In this document: piece by piece, positions 63,535 through 64,000 of the stretch
Numbering within the stretch: the first letter of the stretch is position 1
Layout: every line of letters starts with the position of its first letter
NCBI RefSeq assembly: GCF_016433145.1
Contig: NC_058134.1
Span: 48,404,388 to 48,468,387 of the forward strand
Direction of reading: 5' to 3'
DNA from: Gracilinanus agilis
Lineage: Eukaryota
Length of the DNA: 64,000 nt
Program-made: the position numbers and the translations under genes
Notes under the pieces: generated by a model
Databases searched by the model: none
Seen by the model: the letters and a program-made list of their open reading frames with translations, nothing else
What the model was told of the DNA's origin: nothing

Positions 63535-63725
63535 TCAGTTGTTTCCGATGTATCTGACTCTTCATGACCCCATTCGGGGTTTCCTTGGCAAAGTGGTTTG
63601 CCATTTCCTTCTCCAGCTCATTTTATAGATGAGGAAACCAAAGCAAATAGTGTTAAGGGACTTGCTATGATTCGAATTCCCATCTTCCTAATTCCAGCTG
63701 CCTTTGCTCTATCCAGTATGCCACC
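63535..63725 (-). mobile_element. MAR1-type SINE
   Basis: Reverse RTE tail (ccttggcaaagtggtttgccatttccttc) plus CORE. Confidence 0.75.
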
Positions 63726-64000
63726 ATTATCTCTAGCCCATAGTAGGTGCTTAAGAAATGTTTAATGTCACCTCATCTCCCTTTTTTCATATCTTTTCCT
63801 CTCCAAAGCTGCCAAGGTGATTTTCCTAAAACATAGGTCAGGCCAGATCACTCTTCTCCTCAGTACATTCCACAGTGGCTAGGTGATAAGAGTAGATTAG
63901 GCATTAGACACAGAATCAGAAAGACTTGAGTTCAAATTTGTCCTCTTTTACAAGCTGTGTGACCCAAGGCAAGTTACTTAATCTCTATTTGCCTTGGTTT

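Noticed and set aside
20097-63725. tRNA-like heads of many SINEs as tRNA genes
   Set aside because: They continue into SINE cores and tails; no full cloverleaf gene was seen.
29800-64000. CX3CR1 or other chemokine-receptor exons expected from synteny
   Set aside because: No second GPCR frame or DRY/NPxxY remnants were noticed; the neighbour probably lies outside the window.

Overview
Eukaryotic, marsupial DNA, very probably opossum (Monodelphis/didelphid), judged from SINE1_Mdo-type SINEs, MAR1 SINEs with RTE tails and marsupial L1 3' ends. The only conventional gene is CCR8 (28722-29768, minus strand, single coding exon). The unusual part is 2.7-17.1 kb, a dense nest of processed copies of nuclear RNA-processing genes. 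On the minus strand an LTR-like TATA promoter is followed by a CRNKL1 5' fragment, a 3'-truncated but still open PRPF18 copy, and three decayed tandem RBM22 copies; all three are spliceosome factors. On the plus strand a 3249-bp tandem duplication carries two identical, intact, intronless 357-codon SLC7A6OS (Iwr1-like) copies, each behind an LTR-derived GC/CCAAT/TATA promoter with an ATG-free leader. The rest of the window is repeat-rich intergenic DNA (L1, SINEs, solo LTRs, CR1/L3, hAT MITEs, a 7SL fragment). It also holds a decayed processed TRIM/B30.2 pseudogene (about 55.9-56.5 kb), a candidate CCR8 non-coding first exon (about 35.1 kb) and a candidate NF-kB/C-EBP/CRE enhancer (about 60.4 kb). 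Gene identities come from comparing translations by eye with remembered human proteins; repeat family names and most repeat boundaries are approximate; no database search was run.
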